Assembly: GCA_965603495.1 (NCBI GenBank)
Contig: CBFDDF010000008.1
Location: 33,887-97,886, forward strand
DNA length: 64,000 bases
DNA from: an uncultured Thiomicrorhabdus sp.
GTDB taxonomy: Bacteria > Pseudomonadota > Gammaproteobacteria > Thiomicrospirales > Thiomicrospiraceae
Reading direction: 5' to 3'
In this document: positions 19,538 to 30,065 of the stretch, in pieces
Layout of the letters: every line of letters begins with the position of its first letter
Numbering within the stretch: the first letter of the stretch is position 1
The notes under the pieces: model-generated
What the model was told of the DNA's origin: nothing
What the model saw: only the letters and a program-made list of their open reading frames with translations
Database searches by the model: none
Translations under genes and position numbers: made by a program

Positions 19538-20066
19538 AAAGTCCTCATATAAATTTCATGCTATATAAGAAAGTTTACCTCAATAAAAACCCTACAATTA
19601 GGAATGAATTGAAAAAAAATATTGACCCTTATAAAAAAAATTAATAGAAGAAATCGGTTAAACTCATTTTTCTAGAATAATAAACCAGAATAGCGCTTTA
19701 GCAAGAAGTGTAGCTCAGACTTAAGCCAACGCTACGAGCTTGATTTTCAGGACAACCCCGCCGAGTTCATAAAAATCTGGAAAGCAACTCTGACTAATCT
19801 ATAGCCAGCCTCAAAACGGCGGTAGAAGTAAATGAAGTTAAGTAGGAAGAGTCTAACCAACAATTTACCTGGCCACAGACCTAAGCGGCAGTATTTTTTG
19901 TCATAAATCCGGGTTTATCCCGACATGCATAAGTTTGGGAAGCGCTTTAGTGATGGCTAAAAGCCAGTGAAAATATATTCGCCCTTAAATTTAAACTCTC
20001 CATTAATGGCGCCTGTTCCAACTACCAAATAAGACCCTGTGCAGCTAACACCTTCTACTTGCTGAA

Positions 20067-21203
20067 TTAGAGTTTCTTGTTATAAAGAGCGGATTCAATT
20101 TTTTGAATCAACTGCTCTTTATTAGAAGGCTTGACGATAAAACCTAGTGCTCCTAAAGCAATCGCCTCTTTAACGACAGCTGGCTGACTATTTCCCGTTA
20201 AAATAATGACAGGAACATGACTGTATTTGATATTGGTTTTAAGGGTTTTCAACACAAAGGAGCCCATAATATCAGGCAGAGTCCAATCCAAAATAATGAC
20301 ATCTGGATGACATTGAGCAATTAATTCAATGCCTAACTTTCCGGTGGACGCTTGTTTAACAGTAAAGCCTTCCGAGACCAGAACCCTGGACAATACCTTT
20401 AAATAAAAAGGATCATCCTCAATCAGTAAAATAGTTCTTGGTATTATTGCTTGAGAAAGTCCCGCGTTAATTTCATCGTAGGATTTATTAGAAGCCTCTT
20501 CTAAACCATCCAATATTGAGGACGCAGCTTTATCGGCCTTATCCAAAGATTGGTTCAAGGAGTTTGAAAACTCTGTAAGGCTTTTGGTTAAGGCCTTAGA
20601 ATCCTTAACGGTCTTAATATCATTGATGACTTTACCGGTAAATTGGTCAATATTATCAGACAACTCCGCTTTCATCTTCTGTTGACTGGCGCGTGCTTCA
20701 TTGCGAAGTTCAGCTTCAATCTTTTTATTTTCGTCCGTTGCTTTCTTTAGTTTTCGGAGCTGAAGATCAACATCTGATGATTTATTCTGATTATTGTGTT
20801 CTTGGATGACTTCAATGGCGCGAAAAATTGCCGAGTTAAAAATCCCTTTATCAAATAAAGGGTTCACAACGATATAGTCGTTAAATACTTTATCCATACA
20901 CAGCTTGGCTGCTTGCTCAGAATCAGAAGCTTGTACCATTAATACCGTGCGGTGAAATTGCGAAACCTTGTTATTTTTAATTAACTTTAGATAAAGTTCG
21001 TGTGACTTAGCAAGGTCTTCCTTTCCAAATAACATAATGTGCGGTTGGGATTTTTCAACAAACTCTTCTGCCTCTACTGCCGTGACCGCAAGCTCGTAAT
21101 CATTAAATTGCTTTCCTAAGTTCGATTGAAGGTCATACACTAAATCTGGGTTGTCAATAATAAACAAACAGGTCAATCGATTATCGTCGAATATTTTTTC
21201 CAT
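20067..21203 (-). CDS. Response regulator: pseudo-receiver + helical linker + canonical REC
   Basis: N-terminal paralog of the 19109 protein; C-terminal REC ILLIEDD, IILDWTLP, ILTG, FIVKP intact. Confidence 0.82.
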   Translation of the reverse strand: MEKIFDDNRLTCLFIIDNPDLVYDLQSNLGKQFNDYELAVTAVEAEEFVEKSQPHIMLFGKEDLAKSHELYLKLIKNNKVSQFHRTVLMVQASDSEQAAKLCMDKVFNDYIVVNPLFDKGIFNSAIFRAIEVIQEHNNQNKSSDVDLQLRKLKKATDENKKIEAELRNEARASQQKMKAELSDNIDQFTGKVINDIKTVKDSKALTKSLTEFSNSLNQSLDKADKAASSILDGLEEASNKSYDEINAGLSQAIIPRTILLIEDDPFYLKVLSRVLVSEGFTVKQASTGKLGIELIAQCHPDVIILDWTLPDIMGSFVLKTLKTNIKYSHVPVIILTGNSQPAVVKEAIALGALGFIVKPSNKEQLIQKIESALYNKKL

Positions 21204-21471
21204 AAAACCTCAAGCATTGAATAATAATTACTTAGTTATATTACTAGAAAAACCCTGACTATTTGATAAAGAAATGAATAAATTTACTATCCATCTATTA
21301 GTCAATTCTATCCCATGCTAACACCCTTAATAATGTTAAGGAGTGATACCAGTAGCGATGTTAATCTTAAGAAAGATAGGTTGAGACAATCGTTCAAAGT
21401 AGGTGTTTATTTAAACACTAAGGGAATAGTAAGCACCGTGAACAAGTCAAAGAGAGAAAGACAACAAACTT

Positions 21472-21483
21472 ACCAGGCCTGGT
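21472..21483. repeat. ACCAGGCCTGGT palindrome
   Basis: Exact copy in AAACTT-ACCAGGCCTGGT-AGGTTT. Confidence 0.95.
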
Positions 21484-21636
21484 AGGTTTTATTGAAGGAT
21501 GATTTCGTCTTGTTTCTTTGGTGATCGTTATAACACCTTACACCACATCAAATACCAAACTAAGTTCAATAGGCAAACATAGATTACTGCATGGCAACTC
21601 TTAAGTTATCAATATGTGTCCCACTATTGCGCGCCA

Positions 21637-21930
21637 CCTAATACCTACAAGAGTAAATCCATTAGACGGGCGAATACTAAAAGATTTTAAGAATGCTTGC
21701 CTAAAGGTAGGCATGAACATCTACGCTGGCATGATCTACGGCATACCAGGGCAAGCTGGCATGTTCAACGAGGAACGCCTTTAGAAGTACTTTAAGAATT
21801 GGGTGGATGGTCTGATTATAAGATGGTTAAGCGTTATGCTCATTTTACGCATCAGCACCTAAAACAGTATGTAAACTGCTCCAGCTCTGGCCTAGCTACA
21901 AATTTGGGTACAAAGACAAATTTTAGGTAA
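21637..21930 (+). pseudogene. C-terminal remnant of a phage/ICE tyrosine integrase
   Basis: Frame from 21724: [40 protein letters not shown] (HxxR box, LGGW box, catalytic Tyr). In-frame stops at 21688-21690 and 21793-21795; no intact 5' part. Confidence 0.88.
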
Positions 21931-21986
21931 AAAAAAACCTGACCTTCAAAACACATAAAGTGTATGAAAATCAGGCTTTTAGAATG

Positions 21987-22063
<77 letters not shown>

Positions 22064-22103
22064 ACAATTTGTAAACCGAATCAAGAGTGTTTCTCGTTTC
22101 GAT

Positions 22104-22138
22104 GTGGCGTATTATAGGGGGTTGTAGAATTTAAGCAA
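22104..22138 (-). promoter_or_regulatory. Stable-RNA type sigma-70 promoter for tRNA-fMet
   Basis: Minus strand TTGCTT-N16-TATAAT followed by the GC-rich discriminator ACGCCAC. Confidence 0.8.
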
Positions 22139-22155
22139 CCCCTAATATCACTTAT

Positions 22156-22476
22156 TTATGCTTTATTTTGTTTTAAGAATTTTTTGAGGTTATAACGGTA
22201 GATAAATCCTGGAAATGCGAAGATTATGAACATGAACAAGGCGATGGTGTAGAACTCCCACGTTTGCGGTGAAACATGCCCCATGCTCTTATTTTCGAGT
22301 AAATAGGCAAACATGCCTGTAATGAAGAAGTAGACGAACCATTCAATTAGGTTTACAACAATGGACTTGTGCGGCACCTTAATAAATAAGAAGAGTCTAT
22401 TACTGAGTATGAAAGGGATATTTGCTAAAACGATTGCTGTGATAAGCAATAACCAAACAGCTTGATTTAATTCCAT
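22156..22476 (-). CDS. DUF2818-like small membrane protein
   Basis: ANIPF and WEFY...FAFPGFIYRY motifs; position directly after nuoN is typical of this family. Confidence 0.75.
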   Translation of the reverse strand: MELNQAVWLLLITAIVLANIPFILSNRLFLFIKVPHKSIVVNLIEWFVYFFITGMFAYLLENKSMGHVSPQTWEFYTIALFMFIIFAFPGFIYRYNLKKFLKQNKA

Positions 22477-22494
22477 GATTTACGTCCTTAAATG

Positions 22495-22515
22495 AAAAAA
22501 GCCCGATACTCGGGC
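22495..22515 (-). terminator. Intrinsic terminator after nuoN
   Basis: Minus strand GCCCGA-GTA-TCGGGC-TTTTTT. Confidence 0.8.
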
Positions 22516-22535
22516 TCTAATTGAATACGATTTGG

Positions 22536-23981
22536 TTAGAAAGCTTTGAGACTGTGATAACAAAGATCAATCAATGAACTAGGTAGCAACCCAAGCACAA
22601 CCAGCAATATTGCAGTAAAGCTTACCGCCCAAGTTAAACTTGGATTAACCGGCTCTAGAGGTGATTCATCTTCCGCCTTATCAAAATACATGGCCTTAAC
22701 GACTTTCAAGTAATAGAAGGCACTGATAACGGCCATAATCACGGCAAGAACCGCAAGCCATGTGAACCCTGCTTTAACCACTTCTTCGATAACGACAATC
22801 TTGGCCCAGAAGCCAACAAACGGTGGGATTCCTGCCATTGAGAACAGTACAATCAACATCATGACCGCTAACCAAGGGTTACGAACGTTAAGTCCTTTAA
22901 AGTCTGATATTAAATCGAACTCTTTTCCAGTACGTGATAAAGCGATAATCATCCCAAAACCAGCCACACCCGTGATCGCGTAAATAATCACGTAGAACAT
23001 TGCTGCTGAATAACCTTCTGGGGTTGCAGCGATCACACCTAGTAATAAGAAACCGATATGACCAATACCTGAGTAAGCCAATAGACGCTTTAGGTTGTCT
23101 TGTGCAATCGCAACAATAGAACCAATAACCATTGATAAAATCGAAAGGATGATAATCAGTGACTGCCAATCCTCAATGAGTCCAGGCATGCCTTCTGCCA
23201 GCAGACGGTAAAGCATTGCAAAACCGGCAATTTTTGGTGCAGTACCAATAAACAAAGTCACGGCGGTAGGCGAACCATGGTAAACATCCGGTACCCACAT
23301 GTGAAATGGCACAGCACCGAGCTTAAATGCGAGACCAATGACAACAAAAACAACACCAAAAGAAAGCACTACGCTATCAACTTTGCCTGATGCAATAATT
23401 TTGGCCATTTCTGGGAAAGTAATTGAGCCTGTTGCGCCATAAATCATAGAGAAACCATATAGCAACATACCAGTTGCTAAGGCACCCAATACAAAGTATT
23501 TAAGGGCTGCTTCAACCGCATGACCACTGTCTTTACGTAATGCAATCATGGCGATGGTAGCCAGGGATAGGATTTCCAACCCTAGATACATCGTGATCAT
23601 ATTGTGGGCAGAAATCATGACGAACATGCCCAAGACACCAAACAATCCTAAAATGAAGAATTCACCACTGTAGAACTTCTGCTGCTGTAAGTATTCTCTT
23701 GAAAAGAGGAAAATACCCATCGAAATTGCAATCGTAAAGAGTTTTAGAATATCAGCAAAACTATCACGTACAAAACTGCCATCAAAGGTAATGATTTGAG
23801 CGGTGGTAAAGCTGGTTAATATTAGGTAACCAACTACGACTAAACCGACCTGAGTCGCATAATAGGTAGCAAATTGATAACGTTTTGACCAAAAGGTATC
23901 TGCAACCAAGATAAAAGAGATGAGCGCTAATAACGCCATCTCTGGTATTGCGGGTGCAAATGCTGGAATCACAAAATTCAT
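22536..23981 (-). CDS. nuoN: NADH-quinone oxidoreductase subunit N
   Basis: EAALKYF, FKLGAVPFHMWVPDVY, KRLLAYS, GIPPFVGF; operon position. Confidence 0.97.
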   Translation of the reverse strand: MNFVIPAFAPAIPEMALLALISFILVADTFWSKRYQFATYYATQVGLVVVGYLILTSFTTAQIITFDGSFVRDSFADILKLFTIAISMGIFLFSREYLQQQKFYSGEFFILGLFGVLGMFVMISAHNMITMYLGLEILSLATIAMIALRKDSGHAVEAALKYFVLGALATGMLLYGFSMIYGATGSITFPEMAKIIASGKVDSVVLSFGVVFVVIGLAFKLGAVPFHMWVPDVYHGSPTAVTLFIGTAPKIAGFAMLYRLLAEGMPGLIEDWQSLIIILSILSMVIGSIVAIAQDNLKRLLAYSGIGHIGFLLLGVIAATPEGYSAAMFYVIIYAITGVAGFGMIIALSRTGKEFDLISDFKGLNVRNPWLAVMMLIVLFSMAGIPPFVGFWAKIVVIEEVVKAGFTWLAVLAVIMAVISAFYYLKVVKAMYFDKAEDESPLEPVNPSLTWAVSFTAILLVVLGLLPSSLIDLCYHSLKAF

Positions 23982-24004
23982 ATTGTTAACTCACCTATTC
24001 CGAA

Positions 24005-25519
24005 TTAAAGTTTAGAGGTTGTTGCTTGAACAAGTAACTGTTCAACAGAAGTATGCATGACTTCCATTAATGGACTTGGGAACACACCCAGTGCAATAAT
24101 CGCAATTGCAAGTGTCGCCATAATGGCAAACTCACGTTTATTTAGATCTTGTAGCTTCTCAACGTTTTCGTTGGTCACAGGACCAAAGAAGACACGTTTA
24201 ACCATCCATAGGGTATAAGCGGCACCGATCACCAATGTAAGTGCGGCAAGTGTTCCGTACCAAAGGTTTGCTTTGAAGGCACTTAGGATAACCATGAACT
24301 CACCGACGAATCCAGAAGTACCCGGAAGCCCTACGTTCGCCATAGAGAAGATCACTGCAAACAAAACGAACCATGGCATTTTATTAACCACGCCGCTATA
24401 AGCCGAGATTTCACGCGTATGCATTCGATCGTAAAGCACCCCAATTGCTAAGAACATCGCGCCAGAGATGAAACCGTGGGAGATCATCTGAACCATCGCC
24501 CCTTCCATCCCTAACTGTGCACCTTGCATTGAGCCTGTTGACTGAACAATGTCATACACTAAGAACATACCGAGCGTTACGAATCCCATGTGAGAAATTG
24601 AGGAGTAAGCGACCAATTTCTTCATATCGTTTTGTGCAAGCGCCACGACACCGATATAAACGATCGCGATTAATGATAATGCAATGACTAACCAATCTAA
24701 TGTCATGGAAGCATCTGGCGTAATCGGCAAACTAAAACGAACGAAACCATATCCCCCCATCTTCAACATGATTGCAGCAAGGACGACTGAACCAGCTGTC
24801 GGTGCTTCAACGTGCGCGTCCGGTAACCAAGTATGTACTGGAAACATTGGAATCTTAACGGCGAAGGCTGCTAAGAACGCCAAGAAGATCAGAATCTGTG
24901 CAGTCATGCCTAAATGCATGCCTTGGAAATCAAGAATCGAGAAGCTACCTGATTGGTAATACATATATAGGAATGAAACCAACATGAATACCGAACCTAA
25001 GAAGGTATACAAGAAGAACTTCAAAGTCGCATAGACTCGACGTGGTCCACCCCATTTACCGATAACGATAAACATTGGAATTAATAGCGCTTCCCAGAAT
25101 ACATAGAACAGAATAGAGTCGAGTGCAACAAACACACCAACCATAATCCCACCCATAATAAGGAAGGCACCCATATACTGTTCAACACGGTCTTTAATCA
25201 CGTCCCATGCAGAAGCAATCACTAGCACTTGTGTAAATGTGGTTAGCAATACCAAAGGCATAGACAGACCATCAACCCCTAAGTGGTAGTTGATATTGAA
25301 CATGGGGATCCATGCTACAGTTTCAACAAATTGCATAGAAGCAGTCGAATTGTCGAATCCAATCCACAATGGAATTGAAAGAATAAACGTTAACCCAACG
25401 GTTATAAGTGATAACCATTTTGCGACAGTATCGTTATTACGACCTGCAAACAGTACTAATAGACCACCCAAAATAGGTAGCCATATCAATGTACTTAAAA
25501 TAGGAAAGCTTGTTAGCAT
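24005..25519 (-). CDS. nuoM: NADH-quinone oxidoreductase subunit M
   Basis: FYVFWE, KIPMFPVHTWLPDAHVEAPT, KKLVAYSSISHMG. Confidence 0.97.
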   Translation of the reverse strand: MLTSFPILSTLIWLPILGGLLVLFAGRNNDTVAKWLSLITVGLTFILSIPLWIGFDNSTASMQFVETVAWIPMFNINYHLGVDGLSMPLVLLTTFTQVLVIASAWDVIKDRVEQYMGAFLIMGGIMVGVFVALDSILFYVFWEALLIPMFIVIGKWGGPRRVYATLKFFLYTFLGSVFMLVSFLYMYYQSGSFSILDFQGMHLGMTAQILIFLAFLAAFAVKIPMFPVHTWLPDAHVEAPTAGSVVLAAIMLKMGGYGFVRFSLPITPDASMTLDWLVIALSLIAIVYIGVVALAQNDMKKLVAYSSISHMGFVTLGMFLVYDIVQSTGSMQGAQLGMEGAMVQMISHGFISGAMFLAIGVLYDRMHTREISAYSGVVNKMPWFVLFAVIFSMANVGLPGTSGFVGEFMVILSAFKANLWYGTLAALTLVIGAAYTLWMVKRVFFGPVTNENVEKLQDLNKREFAIMATLAIAIIALGVFPSPLMEVMHTSVEQLLVQATTSKL

Positions 25520-25553
25520 GTATTCCAGTCCCTTATCTTCTTATTCTTCTTAA

Positions 25554-27527
25554 TTACCAAAGTGTCCAAACTAGCATCGCTAGCAGGCCTAAAATCATGA
25601 CAAATGCATAGTGATACATAAAACCTGTCTGTGTTTGACGTAACACGGCAGCAGAGTTAGCCACTGACATAAAGATATTTGTCACCATACCGATATCAAT
25701 GATTTTAGTATCCACAACACGGCTAAAGAAATGACCTAGCTTTCTCATACCATCGACAAAAACGATGTCATTTAAACGATCGAAACCATATGCACTATCC
25801 AGCACATAGAAACCACGCGGACACATCTGTTTTAACTTAGCCGGCATTGTCGGTATTTTGATATACATCAACCATGCTAAGAAGACACCTGAAACCGCTA
25901 AGATAACTGGTAGAGTTAGCAATGAATGCACAACCATATCTACAGCGCCATGGAAGTAGTTAGTGTAGACCGCTAGCATGACGTCATTCGCTGGCTGTAC
26001 ATAGACAGAGTCGCCGAAATAAGCACCGGTTAACATCGGCTCAATCATTGGTAATCCCATGAGTGCCGCAGGAATAGCCAACAACACTAATGGCACTGTT
26101 ACGACCCATGGAGACTCTTTAATCTGATGTGTCTTCACATATTCACTTTCTTCACCGTGGAACACCAGGAAGAACATACGGAAGCTATAGAATGCCGTGA
26201 TGAATACACCCGCCATCAATAATACATAAGAGAAAGATGAACCAAAACGCTCTGCTTCATCAAGCGACAATAAAATACTATCTTTTGAAAAGAATCCTGA
26301 GAAGCCTGGAAACCCAATCAGCGCTAATGAACCAATCAGCATGGAAATATAAGTAATCGGCATGTACTTCTTCAAGCCACCCATATCGGAAATTTCTTGC
26401 TTGTGGTGCATTGCGATAATCACTGAACCTGCTGCCAGGAACAACAACGCTTTAAAGAATGCATGTGTTAATACATGGAACATCCCTGCCGCGTAGGCTG
26501 ATGCCCCCATTGCTGCAATCATATACCCCAATTGAGACAAGGTAGAGTAAGCAACGACACGTTTAATATCTGTCTGTATTAAGCCTAGCAACCCCATTAG
26601 GAACGCCGTTAGTGCGCCGATAATCAATACCACACTCAAAGCCGTTTCAGATAATTCGAATGCTGGAGACAAACGTGCGATTAAGAACACCCCTGCAGTA
26701 ACCATTGTTGCCGCATGGATTAAGGCAGAAATAGGCGTTGGACCTTCCATGGATTCTGGAAGCCAAACATGTAGCGGCATTTGCGCTGATTTACCCATTG
26801 CACCAACGAATAATAGAATCAACATCAAAGTAATCATTGACCATTCAACGCCAGGGATGACTTCAATCATAACGTCTTTATTGGCCGCTAACTGAGCGAA
26901 GAATTCATTGTAGTCCATGGTATTGAAGTAAACGAAGACCACTGCAATCCCTAGAATGAACCCTAAATCACCCACACGGTTGACTAAGAATGCTTTCAGG
27001 TTTGCTTGAATGGCTGATTCACGCTTCATATAGAAACCAATCAACAAATATGAAACAAGTCCTACTGCTTCCCAACCAAAGAACAGTTGTAAGAAGTTAT
27101 TTGCCATAACCAATGACAGCATTGAAAAAGTAAACAATGAGATATAGCTGAAGAAACGCTGATAGTAAGGATCGTTATGATCGTAATCTTCATCATGATC
27201 CATATAACCTACCGTGTAGATATGCACCATTAAAGAGACAAACGTCACAACCAACATCATCGTTGCAGAAAGCTGATCAATCATAAAGCCGATTTCAAAA
27301 CGGATGCCGTCAGACACCATCCAGGTATACAGGCTCGCGTTGTAGGCTTCTGTACTATTCAATACAAACATATTAAATACATAAGCAGATAGCAACATTG
27401 AAATTGCTACGCCAATAATGGTTGCGAAATGCGCTCCACTACGGCCAATTTGTCTTCCCAATAGTCCAGCAAGCAGAGCGCCGATAAGGGGAGTAACAAG
27501 AATTAAAGTTAAAATCGTATGTAACAT
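25554..27527 (-). CDS. nuoL: NADH-quinone oxidoreductase subunit L
   Basis: GWEAVGLVSYLLIGF, GKSAQMPLHVWLPESMEGPTP, HAFFKALLFL. The track starts at TTG 27533; ATG 27527 is more likely. Confidence 0.97.
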   Translation of the reverse strand: MLHTILTLILVTPLIGALLAGLLGRQIGRSGAHFATIIGVAISMLLSAYVFNMFVLNSTEAYNASLYTWMVSDGIRFEIGFMIDQLSATMMLVVTFVSLMVHIYTVGYMDHDEDYDHNDPYYQRFFSYISLFTFSMLSLVMANNFLQLFFGWEAVGLVSYLLIGFYMKRESAIQANLKAFLVNRVGDLGFILGIAVVFVYFNTMDYNEFFAQLAANKDVMIEVIPGVEWSMITLMLILLFVGAMGKSAQMPLHVWLPESMEGPTPISALIHAATMVTAGVFLIARLSPAFELSETALSVVLIIGALTAFLMGLLGLIQTDIKRVVAYSTLSQLGYMIAAMGASAYAAGMFHVLTHAFFKALLFLAAGSVIIAMHHKQEISDMGGLKKYMPITYISMLIGSLALIGFPGFSGFFSKDSILLSLDEAERFGSSFSYVLLMAGVFITAFYSFRMFFLVFHGEESEYVKTHQIKESPWVVTVPLVLLAIPAALMGLPMIEPMLTGAYFGDSVYVQPANDVMLAVYTNYFHGAVDMVVHSLLTLPVILAVSGVFLAWLMYIKIPTMPAKLKQMCPRGFYVLDSAYGFDRLNDIVFVDGMRKLGHFFSRVVDTKIIDIGMVTNIFMSVANSAAVLRQTQTGFMYHYAFVMILGLLAMLVWTLW

Positions 27528-27533
27528 TAACAA

Positions 27534-27839
27534 CTACCCTTTTAGTGCACTAAGATCATCAACATTGATGCTCTTACGTTTACGGAAGACTAAAACAACT
27601 ATCGCCAAACCAATGGCCGCTTCAGCAGCGGCAACCGTTAGGATAAAGAATACGAAAATCTGGCCTGTCACATCATTTAAATAATGTGAGAAAGCCACTA
27701 AATTGGTGTTAACAGCCAACAAAATTAACTCAACGGCCATTAAGAGTATGATGATGTTTTTTCGGTTAAGAAAAATACCTGCAATACCGATCATAAACAA
27801 CACCGCACCAAAAATTAGGTAATCAGATAAAGCGATCAT
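27534..27839 (-). CDS. nuoK: NADH-quinone oxidoreductase subunit K
   Basis: [22 protein letters not shown]. Confidence 0.97.
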   Translation of the reverse strand: MIALSDYLIFGAVLFMIGIAGIFLNRKNIIILLMAVELILLAVNTNLVAFSHYLNDVTGQIFVFFILTVAAAEAAIGLAIVVLVFRKRKSINVDDLSALKG

Positions 27840-28477
27840 TTGTCGTCCTCTTCTTTAGTCGGAATGTCTTTCTCAACCACCGAATCCATTTTGACCATTC
27901 TAAAACGATCAGTCGCCAGCGTTTTAACTTGCTTAGAGACATCCTGATAAAGCACCAAAGTATCTGTACGACGACGTAAAGTAAGTGCAATCGCGGCAAC
28001 AATTCCCAGAAGTAACAAAACCGCTGCTAATACGAAAGCATAAGCATGCGTGGTATATAACGGGATCGCAATCGACTTGGTGTTATTGTAATCAGCAGGA
28101 TGACTCATCGGCACACCCGTCACTTCTATTCCGAAATGTTCAGGACCTAGTACTAAGTACATCATGGCAAAAATCGCAGCAACCGTCATCGCGCCTAGAG
28201 GCAGGTACTGCGTGAAACCTTCCTTTAAAATCGTCAGGTTTATATCTAACATCATGACGACGAATAGGAATAACACCATCAATGCACCCACGTACACTAG
28301 AATCAAAACCAGACCAAGGAATTCAGCTTGCGCCATAATCCATACACCTGCCGTTGCGATAAAGGCTAGAACTAGCCATAAAGCCGCTTTAACTGGGTTT
28401 TTGATGGTAATCATCATCAATGCAGAAATAGTGGCTACGGCAGTTAATAGATAAAAGATAAATAGTTCAAATGTCAT
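27836..28477 (-). CDS. nuoJ: NADH-quinone oxidoreductase subunit J
   Basis: AEFLG...[18 protein letters not shown]. Confidence 0.96.
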   Translation of the reverse strand: MTFELFIFYLLTAVATISALMMITIKNPVKAALWLVLAFIATAGVWIMAQAEFLGLVLILVYVGALMVLFLFVVMMLDINLTILKEGFTQYLPLGAMTVAAIFAMMYLVLGPEHFGIEVTGVPMSHPADYNNTKSIAIPLYTTHAYAFVLAAVLLLLGIVAAIALTLRRRTDTLVLYQDVSKQVKTLATDRFRMVKMDSVVEKDIPTKEEDDK

Positions 28478-28494
28478 ATTGAGTTCGCTTTCCG

Positions 28495-28986
28495 TTATCG
28501 ATACTTAGCATCAACCGCACGATCTGCAGCGATTTGAGCTTCATGTTTGTCACCAAACTCTAAAAGTTTGTCTTTCGTCATTATGTGCTGACCACGTTCT
28601 TGAAAGTCGTATTCAAATACGCGCGTTTCAACAACGGCATCTACTGGACAGGCTTCTTCGCAGAAACCGCAATAAATACATTTGAACATATCAATGTCAT
28701 ATTGAGTGGTTCTACGCGAACCATCTTCACGTTCCTCAGATTCAATCGTAATCGCATTAGCAGGACAAACGGCTTCACACAATTTACAAGCGATACAACG
28801 CTCTTCACCGTTTTCATAACGACGTAAAGCATGATGACCACGAAAACGCGGAGATAGCGGTGTTTTTTCTTCAGGGTAACGGACTGTAATTTTTCTTTTA
28901 AAAAGATATTTACCCGTTACGCGAAGCCCCTTGAATAACTCAGTGAGGCCCCATGTTTTTATTTGATGCTTTAAAAATCTTACCAT
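28495..28986 (-). CDS. nuoI: NADH-quinone oxidoreductase subunit I
   Basis: [12 protein letters not shown] and [12 protein letters not shown] ferredoxin motifs. Confidence 0.98.
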   Translation of the reverse strand: MVRFLKHQIKTWGLTELFKGLRVTGKYLFKRKITVRYPEEKTPLSPRFRGHHALRRYENGEERCIACKLCEAVCPANAITIESEEREDGSRRTTQYDIDMFKCIYCGFCEEACPVDAVVETRVFEYDFQERGQHIMTKDKLLEFGDKHEAQIAADRAVDAKYR

Positions 28987-28998
28987 GTCACCCTCTAA

Positions 28999-30063
28999 TT
29001 AATTAAACCAAGGACCGAAGTCGAAGTATTTCATTGCGCCTACAACAAATACCCACAAAATCGTCACTGGAATCAGTACTTTCCAACCCAAGCGCATTAA
29101 TTGATCATAACGATATCTTGGGAAAGTCGCACGTAACCAAATGAATACGAACAATAAGAAAGAAACTTTAAATGCTAACCAACCTAACTGAGGAACCCAA
29201 GCGAACGCCGCTTCTAAATATGGAATACCTTCGAAGGGCGATAACCATCCTCCCAGGAACATAATGGAAGTCATGAATGAGATCAAAATCATCATGGCAT
29301 ATTCAGCCAACATGAAGACACCAAAAGTCATACCTGAGTAATCAACGTGGAAACCAGCAACGATCTCTGCCTCCCCTTCAATAACATCAAAAGGTGTACG
29401 GTTAGTTTCGGCTAAACCTGAGATAAAATAGACAAAGAACATAGGTAGTAAAGGTAATAGATACCAATTAAGCATACCGCCCTGTTGACCATTAACAATT
29501 TCAGTCAGGTTCATGCTACCGGCAATCATTAATACGGTTACCAGTGCAAAACCCATCGCGATTTCGTATGAAATCTTCTGAGCAGCACCACGCATCGCAC
29601 CTAAAAAAGCATACTTGGAGTTAGAAGCCCAACCGGCAATGATAACACCGTAAACCAATATCGAAGAAACCGCTAAGATGTACAACACACCTGCATTGAT
29701 ATTCGAGACAACCATACCATCCGCAAACGGGATAACAGCCCAAGCAGCAACCGCAGGGGCCAACGCTAAGACGGGGGCAATGATAAATAGAAATTTATTC
29801 GCTTGATCAGGAAAAATGACCTCTTTAGTCATCAACTTAAGCGCATCCGCAATCGGCTGCAATAGTCCAAATGGTCCAACCCGATTAGGGCCCATTCTTA
29901 CTTGCATATAACCAATCACTTTACGCTCAGCATAGGTTAACCAGGCCACTACCAACATAATTGGTAAAACGACCGAGACAGCTTGAATGACTAGAGTGAT
30001 AAGAATTGCCAACCAATCAAATAGAAAGGTGGACAAAAAGGCTTGGAGTGCATCAAACATCAA
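28999..30063 (-). CDS. nuoH: NADH-quinone oxidoreductase subunit H
   Basis: [36 protein letters not shown]. Confidence 0.98.
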   Translation of the reverse strand: MMFDALQAFLSTFLFDWLAILITLVIQAVSVVLPIMLVVAWLTYAERKVIGYMQVRMGPNRVGPFGLLQPIADALKLMTKEVIFPDQANKFLFIIAPVLALAPAVAAWAVIPFADGMVVSNINAGVLYILAVSSILVYGVIIAGWASNSKYAFLGAMRGAAQKISYEIAMGFALVTVLMIAGSMNLTEIVNGQQGGMLNWYLLPLLPMFFVYFISGLAETNRTPFDVIEGEAEIVAGFHVDYSGMTFGVFMLAEYAMMILISFMTSIMFLGGWLSPFEGIPYLEAAFAWVPQLGWLAFKVSFLLFVFIWLRATFPRYRYDQLMRLGWKVLIPVTILWVFVVGAMKYFDFGPWFN

Positions 30064-30065
30064 TA

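Noticed and set aside
21315-21485. 56-codon + strand ORF (MLTPLIMLRS...TYQAW)
   Set aside because: No RBS at the start, no recognisable motif, and it ends inside the palindrome; probably chance.
19538-21630. c-di-GMP riboswitch upstream of the signalling genes (GCACAGGG on the minus strand near 20035)
   Set aside because: The following GCAAA...GAAA...GACGCAAA elements of class I are absent; an Infernal search would be decisive.
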